A DNA stretch of 64,000 nt, taken from positions 827-64,826 of the IMG/VR virus record IMGVR_UViG_3300005529_000009. One strand, 5' to 3'. How positions within the stretch are numbered: the first letter of the stretch is position 1; each line of letters starts with the position of its first letter. Positions 18,349 to 28,223 of this stretch are shown piece by piece. The DNA comes from a virus. Taxonomy: Duplodnaviria; Caudoviricetes. Under the pieces are notes generated by a model. The model worked only from the letters and a program-made list of their open reading frames with translations, was not told the DNA's origin and searched no databases. A program made the translations under genes and the position numbers.

Positions 18349-20390
18349 GGACGGGTACCGGCCTGGAACGCACGTACTCTCGGAGTGCCGAGCGTAGCGG
18401 AGAATCCCTTTCGTGCCGCCCAATCAAAGCGTAACGCAATCTGCCGCTTTCTTAATTCCGGCCTGATGTATTTGTTGGTCGAGTCCATCCCATATGGCCC
18501 TTTCATCACCGGGGAGTCGCCGGGATAATCGACACCATAGAGCGTGATGGAAACGGCCCCTTCACTGCCAAACCATTTCATATCGGGGATGAACTCATCC
18601 ACGTACATGATGCCTTCGCCGTCCGCGATGTCGGCATATCCGGTTTCGGCATAAACCCCGGTCATCGCTTGGCCGTTAGCGTCGTAACCTTGTTCATGCT
18701 GCTGGATGAGCAAAGTTGACCATTCCGCCCCTAACGGGGTTCCGAAGGCATTTTCAGGAAGCCACGCCGAACGTCCCAGAGAACCATAGTCCCAAAGGTT
18801 CTCCAGCAGGTTCACTTTCAGATAACTATCGCATTCACCCGAACTTGCCGTGGAAGGATAGAAAATCCAAACCTCGTTGGTTGATTGACTGGCCCCGCAG
18901 AAGATATTGTTGAGGTGGTTCTGATTGAGATTGTTGAACATGGTGTCCCACAACGGGCACTCAATCGGGGTCACTCCACTATCGGAGAAGGTAAAGAAGC
19001 TATTGATTCCCACCCATAGGGTAGTGCGGCCGAGGATGGCGAATGCATGAGGAGCAATCAGTCCACACTGGGAAGCAAGCGTCGTGAACGAGTAGATAAA
19101 AGGGGTGCCGACATAGAGCATCGACCAGAGGTCGTTGTTCGTCCAGATAAGCGAGGTCTGCGGTGCCTGAATGCCGCCGATAATTTTAGTGCCAGAACCG
19201 CCGAGATGGAAACTACCCGCCTGATTGGTGGCGGATGCTGTCCAGCTATTAAAATTCCCAGCATCGGAAAAACGGATTAACAACGGGTCTTGCTGACCGC
19301 CTCCTAAGATGACCTCCGAACCGAAGGCGATGATTTGCGCCTGCGGCATGGCCACAAACGCGCCGGTATTGATCTGTGGTGCACCGCTCCCCGTTATGTT
19401 CGGATCGGGAATCCCGGCATTATTGAGAACCGCGCCTGACGAAATGGGAGGGGTATAAATCCACAACGGGCCGCCCGTATAACACACAAGGCCGTAGGTG
19501 CCGAAGTTATCAACGAACCAGGCGGACGGCGGCGGACTCGGTGCCGCCCCGGCATAAGCTAATGTCGGGGAGAAGGGCTGGTTTCCCTGATTGTTCGCTA
19601 TCGTTCCCTCATAATATGAGGCAAGCGTGTTATTGAAGAACCCGAACGGCGATGCATCAAACGAAAATGTGTTGGTATCAATCACGGTAACTATTGCGGT
19701 ACTACCGGCGGGAATATTCAATGAATTAAACGTGCTATGGAAGCTGACGTTGATGCTGGTTAGAACATCGAAGGTAAAGGAATTGCCGGTACTCAGCCCG
19801 TGATTTTCCAAGGTGACATTGACGGTCGGATAGGATTGGTTTTGAAACAGCGGCCAAGGGATCACAGCAAGATCGTTGACGGTCGCATTCGACGGCAAAT
19901 TGAAGGTATATTCAGAAAAAGGAGTAACACCGGTTATGGTAAAGGTATGGCCGGGATGGAAAATCTGGCCGCCAATCGACATGGTGCAGAGGACTTCAAC
20001 CGTGTCTCCCACAATCAAGCCGGGGGGCTGGTTTCCCTGCGCGACAGTAACCTGCCTTTGCCCGCTGAGAACTTGCATCTCAGTGGTGCCGTCCGCGGCC
20101 GCCGTTCCTTGGTTGAAGGTGAACGTATAGAGAGTACCACCCACATAAATCTGTGCACCGCCATCACCGGGCATCAGCAGATTGACGTTATCGAGCAAAT
20201 CTTCGTAGGCGTGGAGTGCTCTTACAATCCCCGCCGCTGCCGTGGAAAAGAGCTGCTTCCATCCGGCGACTTTTTGCAGAAGCCCGTAACGCCAGCGAAC
20301 CAGATTACCGGCAAACCAGCCCTGCCGGTTTTTGGTCTGCGTGGCCTGGACATTGAATCCAGGCGTCCACTCTAAACGGTGAAGCGCCAT
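18345..20390 (-). CDS. tail hub/nozzle protein (P22 gp10-like)
   Basis: 681 aa, beta-propeller-like; LIRFSD..W..SATNQAG, CGLIAP and NEVWIFYPS motifs; synteny. Confidence 0.75.
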   Translation of the reverse strand: MALHRLEWTPGFNVQATQTKNRQGWFAGNLVRWRYGLLQKVAGWKQLFSTAAAGIVRALHAYEDLLDNVNLLMPGDGGAQIYVGGTLYTFTFNQGTAAADGTTEMQVLSGQRQVTVAQGNQPPGLIVGDTVEVLCTMSIGGQIFHPGHTFTITGVTPFSEYTFNLPSNATVNDLAVIPWPLFQNQSYPTVNVTLENHGLSTGNSFTFDVLTSINVSFHSTFNSLNIPAGSTAIVTVIDTNTFSFDASPFGFFNNTLASYYEGTIANNQGNQPFSPTLAYAGAAPSPPPSAWFVDNFGTYGLVCYTGGPLWIYTPPISSGAVLNNAGIPDPNITGSGAPQINTGAFVAMPQAQIIAFGSEVILGGGQQDPLLIRFSDAGNFNSWTASATNQAGSFHLGGSGTKIIGGIQAPQTSLIWTNNDLWSMLYVGTPFIYSFTTLASQCGLIAPHAFAILGRTTLWVGINSFFTFSDSGVTPIECPLWDTMFNNLNQNHLNNIFCGASQSTNEVWIFYPSTASSGECDSYLKVNLLENLWDYGSLGRSAWLPENAFGTPLGAEWSTLLIQQHEQGYDANGQAMTGVYAETGYADIADGEGIMYVDEFIPDMKWFGSEGAVSITLYGVDYPGDSPVMKGPYGMDSTNKYIRPELRKRQIALRFDWAARKGFSATLGTPRVRAFQAGTRP

Positions 20391-20393
20391 TGA

Positions 20394-21119
20394 TTATTGC
20401 GGTGCCGGGACACTTGCGCGATCCCGTTGCACATTGGCTTGTGGGGTAGGTTGATAAGGCGACCAGGAGACCGATGCCGCCTTGACCCGCAATTGTTCTG
20501 TATTCACGGATGCCTTAATTGCCTCATATTGAGCATTCCACGACATTGCGGCTTGTGGGTTATCGCTTTGGCCGCCGAAATCTCTTTGGTAGCCAAACCC
20601 GAACACCATAGCCCCAGCAACAAACAATTCCGGGCAATAGGTGGAAATGAAGGTGGTTGTATTCGTCTCGGATAGCGGCGTCGGCCGAACCGTTCCTATC
20701 GTTTCCAGCGTATAGGCCATGTCAGGCGCGGGGCCGAGAATGACGTTATAAGCCCCCGCAGTGATGTTCGTACCGATGCCTGGATTACCTATCAGTGCCC
20801 AATATTCGGGTAGCGCCGAAGTGGCGGTCGCCGGATAGATGTTATTGATAAAGTCAATCCCGACCCGCGTTAGCCCCTGAAACGGGCTCAAGATGTTCAA
20901 GGACTGTGGGACAATGACATTCGTCTGCAAAGCGATAGTGCGGGTATTTGTCGTCAGCGTCGTGGTCTGTGAGGCGAGCGTGCAGAGAAAATCGAAGTCG
21001 GTATAAATCCGCTTTTCCGTATAACCAATCATGTGCGGAAGCATGTCGGTGAACGTCGTGTCACCGGCTTCGTACTTTAGAATCTTCTGCGCGATGAATT
21101 GAAATTCGTTGTAATTCAT
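20394..21119 (-). CDS. head-tail adaptor protein
   Basis: I.Y.E.RI..D, PEYWA, LGPAPD.AY and TTFISTYCPEL motifs. Confidence 0.65.
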   Translation of the reverse strand: MNYNEFQFIAQKILKYEAGDTTFTDMLPHMIGYTEKRIYTDFDFLCTLASQTTTLTTNTRTIALQTNVIVPQSLNILSPFQGLTRVGIDFINNIYPATATSALPEYWALIGNPGIGTNITAGAYNVILGPAPDMAYTLETIGTVRPTPLSETNTTTFISTYCPELFVAGAMVFGFGYQRDFGGQSDNPQAAMSWNAQYEAIKASVNTEQLRVKAASVSWSPYQPTPQANVQRDRASVPAPQ

Positions 21120-21433
21120 CAATACACCGGCCTGCAGGGTATTCGCGACCAATCGCTCAAAGTGTCACCCTGAGTCGTATTGACAACGATTTGCAGAATG
21201 TAGGTCACTCCCGCCAGCAATCCGGAAATCCGCTGCGTCACAACGGGAGTAACGATGCTCGGGGAACCAACCAAATGAGAGCTCGGATTGGAGTCAGTTC
21301 CCGTCTGTACGGTCAGGCTGACCGACGACACCGACGAAATGGTATCTCCGGTTGCCAGATCGTTGGTGTAATCGAACCCATACACCTGACTTTCGCCAGG
21401 GTCGGCGGGATCAAATTCACGACCGATGAAGAT
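21119..21433 (-). CDS. fibre-attachment adaptor (Ig-like), apparent ATC start
   Basis: ORF track gives 21119-21385; the frame is open to ATC 21433, with AAGGA 8 nt upstream. Confidence 0.6.
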   Translation of the reverse strand: MFIGREFDPADPGESQVYGFDYTNDLATGDTISSVSSVSLTVQTGTDSNPSSHLVGSPSIVTPVVTQRISGLLAGVTYILQIVVNTTQGDTLSDWSRIPCRPVY

Positions 21434-21444
21434 GGCTGCAGTCC

Positions 21445-22983
21445 TTAGTGGTAAGTCGGTCCGCCGAACGGCAGAACACGTGTGCGTACAATCACGTTTC
21501 GCAATTCACGCTCGCGTTCGATCTCGTTGACTAGTTCTCTGGTTCTGACAATCACATTACGGAGAAGCTGATTGACGACCTGCGATGGGAGATAGAGGAC
21601 CGCCGAACCGATTTGATGCCCGACCCATTCCGTTGCCGGTACCTGGTCGTACCGCCAGAATTTATGGAATGGCGGTGGAGGCGGTGGAATACGTTTAACG
21701 AACGGCGAGACCGGCGTGCCCTGCCAGAACTTGTCGGGTTCGTAGTCCCACCGCCAGAGTTTATTGAATGGTTTGTGGGCGAGTTGGCTAATGATATTCG
21801 AGGCGAGCGGGTTCCCAACCCACTCTGATGCTGGTACTTGGTCATAGCGCCATAATCTGAAGAACGGATTGCCCGATGGAGAAGTCGATGTTGGTGTGCT
21901 TCGCGGCGTACCGACCCAATCAGTCTGTTCAGGAATGCTGGACCACCACCCGGAGACAGGCGCGTAGAGTTGAGTAAGTTGCGGTAGCGTTATTGGCTGT
22001 GATAACGGCGCTCCGACCCACCACATATCGGTCGGTGGAGTGCCCACTACAACAGGTGGTCTTACTAGGGATGCCTGAACGACAGACGGGGGAATGGTCC
22101 CTATGCTTGTTGCTATAGGTTCGCCAAGCCAATCGGGTGTCGGTTGATAGTCGTATCGCCAGAATTTATAGAATGGATTGGTTTCGGGAGGCCCTGCGGT
22201 ATCCCAGTTACTCAACATCCATAATGGAACTTGCCATGGCGGATCTGGGACAATGTCGTATCTCCACAACTTGTAGAACGGTTGTGGGGTGACGTTGCGT
22301 AGCTGCTGGGAAATTCCCTCTGGTGTTCCTAACCAATCCGGTTGCGGTACGACGTCATAACGCCATAGTTTGTGATACGGGGTCGCACTCAGTTCTATCA
22401 GAATGACGGACGATTGCGGCTCGCCCAACCAATCCGGCTGCGGAACGTAGTCCCATCTCCAGAATTTAGTGGGCGACGACGGCCGATAATCGAGTTGTTG
22501 TTGGGTGTAGGCCGATTGTGGACTACCGAGCCATAAAGCCGTGTCTGTTATTAAGTCATAGCGCCAGAGCTTGGAGAACGGTTCCGTTACCGGAAGATAC
22601 AGGGTGTCCGCGTTTTCCCAAAAGTTCGGATACTGCCAATCTGTCGGCGGAACGTAGTCATACCGCCAGAGTTTCGAGAATGGCTTAACGATCGGCAGAT
22701 ACAGCGCGTCGGCATTTTCCCAGAAATCAGGAAACTGCCACGGCGGAAACTCGGCTCCTCTTTGGGTGTAGAACGGTGCCCGCGCATTCGGGATATTGAG
22801 CGCAATATAATTGGCATTCGCGCTGGACCATGGATAAGTCCACGGCGGATCTGAAACATAATCATATCGCCAGAGCTGTTTATTCTTCGGCTTTCCTGTC
22901 AGAAGCTGGAGGGCGGACGAGCCCGGTGTCGTCCATTGCCAAATACGAGCTTCAGGTGGGCTGGGCGCATAAAATTGGGTCAC
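21445..22983 (-). CDS. Trp/Pro-rich repeat protein in the tail/fibre module
   Basis: 10 copies of K[LF]WR[YW]D-type repeats; GTG start overlaps the upstream TGA. Confidence 0.75.
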   Translation of the reverse strand: MTQFYAPSPPEARIWQWTTPGSSALQLLTGKPKNKQLWRYDYVSDPPWTYPWSSANANYIALNIPNARAPFYTQRGAEFPPWQFPDFWENADALYLPIVKPFSKLWRYDYVPPTDWQYPNFWENADTLYLPVTEPFSKLWRYDLITDTALWLGSPQSAYTQQQLDYRPSSPTKFWRWDYVPQPDWLGEPQSSVILIELSATPYHKLWRYDVVPQPDWLGTPEGISQQLRNVTPQPFYKLWRYDIVPDPPWQVPLWMLSNWDTAGPPETNPFYKFWRYDYQPTPDWLGEPIATSIGTIPPSVVQASLVRPPVVVGTPPTDMWWVGAPLSQPITLPQLTQLYAPVSGWWSSIPEQTDWVGTPRSTPTSTSPSGNPFFRLWRYDQVPASEWVGNPLASNIISQLAHKPFNKLWRWDYEPDKFWQGTPVSPFVKRIPPPPPPFHKFWRYDQVPATEWVGHQIGSAVLYLPSQVVNQLLRNVIVRTRELVNEIERERELRNVIVRTRVLPFGGPTYH

Positions 22984-23651
22984 ATGAAGATCATTTGCGT
23001 TCCGGGCGGAACCGGAGAAGCTTTGAATGTCGCCATGATTGTGTTCATTACTTTTGTCGAGAAGGACGGAGACCAAGAGACCGCCGCAGCGGAATTGACT
23101 ATTCGGTAGGCAAAATCAACGCCAGAGTTACTTGTTACCGGATTGCCTGTTAATTCGGTCCAATTCGAATCCTCGGTGTAGGATGAAATGGTACCGTTAT
23201 ACTCGAATGTTGCAAAACAAATTTCATTCGGCACACTAAGCGATGGACTGGTCAAGGTGAATGTCGTGCCGGAAGGTTGGGCCGCGGCCGCCACTTGATC
23301 GGCACCACCATTCGCGCCACTGACAATCGCGGCTCCGTTTGGAAACCAGTTTCCTCCACTAGTCGTCGCTGTAAATGTGCTGCCAATCGGCAGATCGGCG
23401 GCCAAATTAACGAAGTACCACAATTCTATGCTTGGATAAGACCCTGTACCGATGCTTCTGGTCGCCAGACTATACGAGTTGCTGTTCGAATCGACTAAAG
23501 TGGAAATAGTGGCCCCCGTGCTCGTGCCGTAAAGAGAGAGGACGACTAGGGAGCCACTCGGTGCATCTGCTGTCGTCGCGGCTGAAGCACTGCCGCTGGC
23601 AATGGACGCCGTCGGGGCATTCAAGATAAGTTGCGGACTCCCGATAGGCAT
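22980..23651 (-). CDS. beta-rich virion/fibre protein
   Basis: Ser/Thr/Gly-rich; LVDSNSNSY, ELWY and MATFK. Confidence 0.65.
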   Translation of the reverse strand: MPIGSPQLILNAPTASIASGSASAATTADAPSGSLVVLSLYGTSTGATISTLVDSNSNSYSLATRSIGTGSYPSIELWYFVNLAADLPIGSTFTATTSGGNWFPNGAAIVSGANGGADQVAAAAQPSGTTFTLTSPSLSVPNEICFATFEYNGTISSYTEDSNWTELTGNPVTSNSGVDFAYRIVNSAAAVSWSPSFSTKVMNTIMATFKASPVPPGTQMIFM

Positions 23652-23660
23652 TTCATTACC

Positions 23661-24983
23661 TCACGGCGTCACGTTGACAATCACCGGCCCAACTGCACCG
23701 TACACATCGAAGGAAACAACGTTGCCAGCAACGGCCACTGGCACACTATTGTTCTGCGTATCTGTCGCGGTAACATGACTCGGAGGAGATGCCTCGGTCA
23801 GGTTGTAGGTGTAGGCACTGGAGGGCGGCCAAGTGCTGCCTTGTCCGACCCAAACGATATGCGTATGACTGCCGGATTTGTGCAGGGTAATCTGATAAAG
23901 CGGCACTGTACTTATTTCAGCGGCATCGAATGATGTAGTGCCTGCGCAAGCAGTCGTTATTGCCGCCATTGCCGTGGCCGCAGGAAGCGCCGAGTAAGTA
24001 AACGTGCCTCCTCCGGTATCCACCCAACTGAACAAACCAAACCCTGTATTGGAAATCGCCTCGTAAATGCAGCACATATAGACTTGCGAGATAATCGCGC
24101 TGCCAAGGGTTTCCGCAATCACTACAGCCTTGAGGGCTTCGGTCGGCGCCTGATAACTTCCAGTAGGGGCGCCAACTTCATTCGCATAAATTGGCTTGCC
24201 GTTTCCAGCCGAGGAAACAAATGAGGAGCACAAAGAAGTAAAAATATCTGGTGTATTGCCAGAATAGCTATACGGATGAAACCCAATCCCAGCAAGATCG
24301 GACCAAACCGTTATGTCAGAAGCTATGGCTGCAACGAATGTATCAGGATCTATGAAACCAGAACCACCGCCCGGAGAAAGTCCACCAGTAATAATTTGCG
24401 CCGATGAATTGGAGGCGATAATCGCCGGTACAGCCGCATTGACAAGCGCCGAGTAGTTCGTCGTACTGGCGGCTGGCGCCCAGGAATATTGCCCAGCCCC
24501 ATTCGAGATATTTTCTTCATTCCATATTTCAAAAATGAAATTGCTTGTTCCATAGTGAGCAACACATGTGTTGGCATAATTCACAAAAGCAGTTCGTCCC
24601 GTAGCATCTGCAGGTCCGGTATAATAACTACTTTCGTAAAGAGTATTGCTATATGCAAATACCACACTGACGGTAATGCCAGCAGTAGTCACCCCGGTAA
24701 TCGAACTATCGTGCGGAAAACTGTAAACGCCTTTGCTGGTTTCTATATCCGGCCAATCACATATATCCATCCGCAGAACAGTAGCGCCCAATGCCTGACA
24801 AACCGCGGTATTGGTCGCACCAGAAATCGGATGCGCACCGTCATCATCGATAGTTGCGTGCGAATTGATGCCCCATAACGGTAATGTAGTTGCATTGGTG
24901 AACAACGTCGATGCGTTGATGCTGTAAAGTGGCGTTAGCTGCACGACCCCAACAGGGATCGATTGAATAACCGCCCCCGGCAT
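23661..24983 (-). CDS. clan GH-A glycoside hydrolase (GH5/GH39-like), probable virion depolymerase
   Basis: FEIWNEEN (acid/base Glu), GFHPY, IYANEVG (nucleophile Glu). Confidence 0.8.
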   Translation of the reverse strand: MPGAVIQSIPVGVVQLTPLYSINASTLFTNATTLPLWGINSHATIDDDGAHPISGATNTAVCQALGATVLRMDICDWPDIETSKGVYSFPHDSSITGVTTAGITVSVVFAYSNTLYESSYYTGPADATGRTAFVNYANTCVAHYGTSNFIFEIWNEENISNGAGQYSWAPAASTTNYSALVNAAVPAIIASNSSAQIITGGLSPGGGSGFIDPDTFVAAIASDITVWSDLAGIGFHPYSYSGNTPDIFTSLCSSFVSSAGNGKPIYANEVGAPTGSYQAPTEALKAVVIAETLGSAIISQVYMCCIYEAISNTGFGLFSWVDTGGGTFTYSALPAATAMAAITTACAGTTSFDAAEISTVPLYQITLHKSGSHTHIVWVGQGSTWPPSSAYTYNLTEASPPSHVTATDTQNNSVPVAVAGNVVSFDVYGAVGPVIVNVTP

Positions 24984-25777
24984 CACATCACCAATAAAGC
25001 TTGCGGAGGTAGTGAAGGAGTGGTCACCGGCGTAATGGAAGAATTATAGGTAAAGATGATTACGCCTGGCTGACTGGTTCCAGGAGAACCACCGCTAAAT
25101 GCTCCGCCAGCCGCTGCCCCGTAGAGTCCTCCGTTCCCGCCGTTGCCCGCACTTGAGCCGCCGCCTCCGCCGCCGCCCGATCCGGCAGAACCGCCCGCCG
25201 TCAAAGTCCATTCAGCTCCAGGCGAACCATTCGTTTGTGCGGCGCCACCAGCTCCACCCGAGCCGTTATCGCCGTTACCGCCGGTCCCGCCGACGCCCCC
25301 GCTGATGTCGCCGCCGACGCCACCATTGCCGTTTGGTCCCGCCGCACCACCGCCGCCCGCACCGCCGCCGCCCGTGCGTGTACCGCCGTTTCCGCCGGTA
25401 AAAGTCGTCTTGCCAAAGGAATTGGTTCCGTGCGTTGCTCCCGTAGCGGTCGTCGCCGTATTGCCGCCCGAAGCAAGTATCGTCGTCCCGACAGTGTTAT
25501 CCGTGAAAACCGTGTCGGCAGTTCCTGCTGATCCAATTGATCCCAAGGTGCCGCCAGCGACTCCAATTTGCAGCGTGATGGAGTCGCCTTTCGCCATGCC
25601 CCCAAACCATGACACGCTATTATCCCCGAGAGCATAACTTCCACCTGCTCCGCCCCCGCCACTGCCCGAACTGTTGCCCGCCGCACCGATTGCCTCGACC
25701 GAAATTATCGAGACAAAATCAGACGGGATTGTGAACGATGTCCCGCTGGTTATCGCAACAACACCAACCGAACCCAT
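24983..25777 (-). CDS. glycine-rich fibre protein
   Basis: VEAIGA..GGGGAGG.Y, many GGxGG repeats, GVIIFTY end. Confidence 0.75.
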   Translation of the reverse strand: MGSVGVVAITSGTSFTIPSDFVSIISVEAIGAAGNSSGSGGGGAGGSYALGDNSVSWFGGMAKGDSITLQIGVAGGTLGSIGSAGTADTVFTDNTVGTTILASGGNTATTATGATHGTNSFGKTTFTGGNGGTRTGGGGAGGGGAAGPNGNGGVGGDISGGVGGTGGNGDNGSGGAGGAAQTNGSPGAEWTLTAGGSAGSGGGGGGGSSAGNGGNGGLYGAAAGGAFSGGSPGTSQPGVIIFTYNSSITPVTTPSLPPQALLVM

Positions 25778-26212
25778 TTAACGCAGCAACATATTCGGCG
25801 GTTGGCAATTGGACACGCCCGGCTTTAACCTGTCGTCCGGCAATGCCGATTCCAGAACCGACTTCATACACGCATCGCAAATCACCGGCTCGAAAGCATG
25901 ATCGGTGATTTTCAGAACCTTGCGTAATGGCTCGTAGTCAGTTGAATTACGCGGTTTTCCGGAGTGCTTCATGGTGATGGTGAACGGCTTCAAGCACCAC
26001 TGACACACATCAGCAAGCAAAGACCCCACCGGCCCATGCGGGCGCCGGGGTTCCAAGCTTTTAAGTTTTTGTTCGGGGGTCAAAGACACTTGCTTGGGTG
26101 CAAGTGCCTGCTGGCGCATTTCTTCGGTAAAGCCGTTAGCAAGAGGGCGCGGCTTTTCTTGCTGCGCCCTCCAGTCATCGTAGATTTGCTTCCAACGCGG
26201 GACTTCTGCCAT
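25778..26212 (-). CDS. hypothetical zinc-binding protein
   Basis: CQWC...CDAC. Confidence 0.55.
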   Translation of the reverse strand: MAEVPRWKQIYDDWRAQQEKPRPLANGFTEEMRQQALAPKQVSLTPEQKLKSLEPRRPHGPVGSLLADVCQWCLKPFTITMKHSGKPRNSTDYEPLRKVLKITDHAFEPVICDACMKSVLESALPDDRLKPGVSNCQPPNMLLR

Positions 26213-26247
26213 TATAGGCTCATAGAACTCCCGCTAAACCATTGATA

Positions 26248-26760
26248 TTAAAGCGGCTCATATATTGCATGCACGCCTATACTTCCGGGCGTACCCCCAG
26301 TGAACGCACTGAGCGACACTTCCCCGAGCGACGCGGTATTGCCCACGATGTCCACGCACTCATCCCACTTATTTGCGCGCCAGAAATACACACCACCGAA
26401 CGCATTGAGCGAGCAGTTCATCAAATGCAGAGTGCTTGAACGTTGCGGAACGGTCGTGGCGCCATTCCCCGTAACAGGTGCCGCCGCAAGCGCTGCGGTC
26501 GCGGTGTCCATCGCCGCATCCATGCCACCCGTGCCGAAGACAATCGAAGTCGCGGCAACGGTGGAGTCGCGCGAGAGGATCATGTAAGTAGGCGAAGAAG
26601 ACGACGCAGCTTGTCCCGAGATGGAAATCTCATGGACTTTGTTCTGCTGGGTAGCGGTGCCCCCCTGAAGGAAGAAGGGAAAGGTGGTAGCGACAAGGTT
26701 GGTCGTGTCCGCGGTCGCGGTAGGCGTAATGGTGGTATAGGAGATGATGCGGCGAGCCAT
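26248..26760 (-). CDS. virion structural protein
   Basis: AAGGA RBS; Thr/Ala-rich beta protein. Confidence 0.65.
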   Translation of the reverse strand: MARRIISYTTITPTATADTTNLVATTFPFFLQGGTATQQNKVHEISISGQAASSSSPTYMILSRDSTVAATSIVFGTGGMDAAMDTATAALAAAPVTGNGATTVPQRSSTLHLMNCSLNAFGGVYFWRANKWDECVDIVGNTASLGEVSLSAFTGGTPGSIGVHAIYEPL

Positions 26761-26824
26761 AGGGCTGTCCTTTCAGTTGATGGGGAGTTGCGCGCCGCGC
26801 GGGATGAAAGCGACAGCCTGCCGC

Positions 26825-27166
26825 TTAGATTTGAACTATCGCGATTTTCCGCAGATAGTTTTCAATCCGTTGCTTGAACGGAATGCATTCATGCGTAAGC
26901 TTGAAATTCACTGCGCAATTATCACAAATGTACTTGTCGCACTTTGGACAGGTATTGCGCGGACGAACACGGTCGGGCCGAAGAACTATTTGCTTCTGAC
27001 AGTGCGAGCAGGACTTGGTTCCCGCCTCGAACTTCTTTCCCTTGCCGAAAATCTCATGGGCGTGGAATGGAATACCGCCCTTCAGACACTGCGCTTCGGT
27101 AAGTCCGGGACTTTCCGAGTGGTCGATTAAGAGGTAGCTTTCGCCGTCGTTACGCCGCCTGGGCAT
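26825..27166 (-). CDS. Cys-rich zinc-finger protein
   Basis: CSHC, CPKC and CDNC. Confidence 0.7.
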   Translation of the reverse strand: MPRRRNDGESYLLIDHSESPGLTEAQCLKGGIPFHAHEIFGKGKKFEAGTKSCSHCQKQIVLRPDRVRPRNTCPKCDKYICDNCAVNFKLTHECIPFKQRIENYLRKIAIVQI

Positions 27167-28223
27167 CTTTTTGCTTTAGCTCTTCCCATCCAGCGACCAG
27201 GTTCTCGAATGTGTCTTTCTTCCAGAGAAAGCGCTGATCAGGCCGCGCCCACGGGAATTGCTCACCAATCTTGACCCCGTGGCAATCGCGCCAGAATAAC
27301 CCGGTATTCGGTTCGTAATCCGGCCCGATGTCGGTAGGAACCACTTCAACCCAAGGAAAGTCACTGAACTGACATAACGCAATCGGGCCGTTGGCAATCA
27401 GCCAATTAGTCTTGGCTTCCTGATAAGCGGCCATACGGCAGTGCAAGTCCTTGGACGCATCCGGCCATGTCTCCCAGCGCCCTAACGGTTCATCGGCCTT
27501 CGCGGTATCTCGAATGAAGACTACCTTCTCGCCCTGCTCTTGCAGGTACCGGCCGAATCTCGTCCATGCTTCAATGTTGCTATTACGCGCCGGCCAATGG
27601 TCGGCTTCTCGCAAGGTAATAGTGACATAACCGGGAAATTTTGACCGCTTGGTCGTCCGAAGTTTCGGTATCTTCTGCCCGACCTGCCACGCCATCACAA
27701 TCTCGCGGGCGACAAACATTTCTCTACGAGTACCGTAAATCGCTTTCTCGTCCTCTACCGCGCCGATAAGAGACAGCGCCGGTCTAAAAACGTTATTCAG
27801 CCACGCCATTCGATTAGGATCGGACTTGGTTCTTTCAGGATCGGCACCGAACCAGAACCCGACTTTCAATGGGGCGGGTGCCCCTTCCCGCACCCTTTGC
27901 ATCTCCGCAGTAATCAACCAAACGATAAAATCAAAGCCAAGTGGATCATGGGCCATCGAGTAGACCACATGACTGACATCAAGGCTCGGATCAGGTTTAG
28001 GCAGCGACCAATTCAGGATCGAGGCTTCCAACCGTTTCCGCAATGCAGTTATTGCCTGATACGCCGCACGCTCTAAATGAATAACCCCCGCATAATCCGC
28101 ACAAGCAATTCTGTCATCTTCGGCGTCAATCATAACAACCGAAACGTGATCGAACCGCCGAGTCTTGGCGAGATAGTAATAGTTCTCCAGGATTTCGAGG
28201 ATTTCAGGACTGGACTCAGGCAC
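27150..28223 (-). CDS. glycosyltransferase-like protein (GT-B-like), paralogue 1
   Basis: YVTITLRE...RNS, VVFIRD, R.A.Y..A..N...NGP; paralogous to 28803-29840. Confidence 0.55.
   Translation of the reverse strand: MPESSPEILEILENYYYLAKTRRFDHVSVVMIDAEDDRIACADYAGVIHLERAAYQAITALRKRLEASILNWSLPKPDPSLDVSHVVYSMAHDPLGFDFIVWLITAEMQRVREGAPAPLKVGFWFGADPERTKSDPNRMAWLNNVFRPALSLIGAVEDEKAIYGTRREMFVAREIVMAWQVGQKIPKLRTTKRSKFPGYVTITLREADHWPARNSNIEAWTRFGRYLQEQGEKVVFIRDTAKADEPLGRWETWPDASKDLHCRMAAYQEAKTNWLIANGPIALCQFSDFPWVEVVPTDIGPDYEPNTGLFWRDCHGVKIGEQFPWARPDQRFLWKKDTFENLVAGWEELKQKDAQAA

Noticed and set aside
21445-22983. Diversity-generating retroelement TR/VR pair
   Set aside because: No reverse transcriptase in the window; repeats diverge at all bases rather than only at adenines
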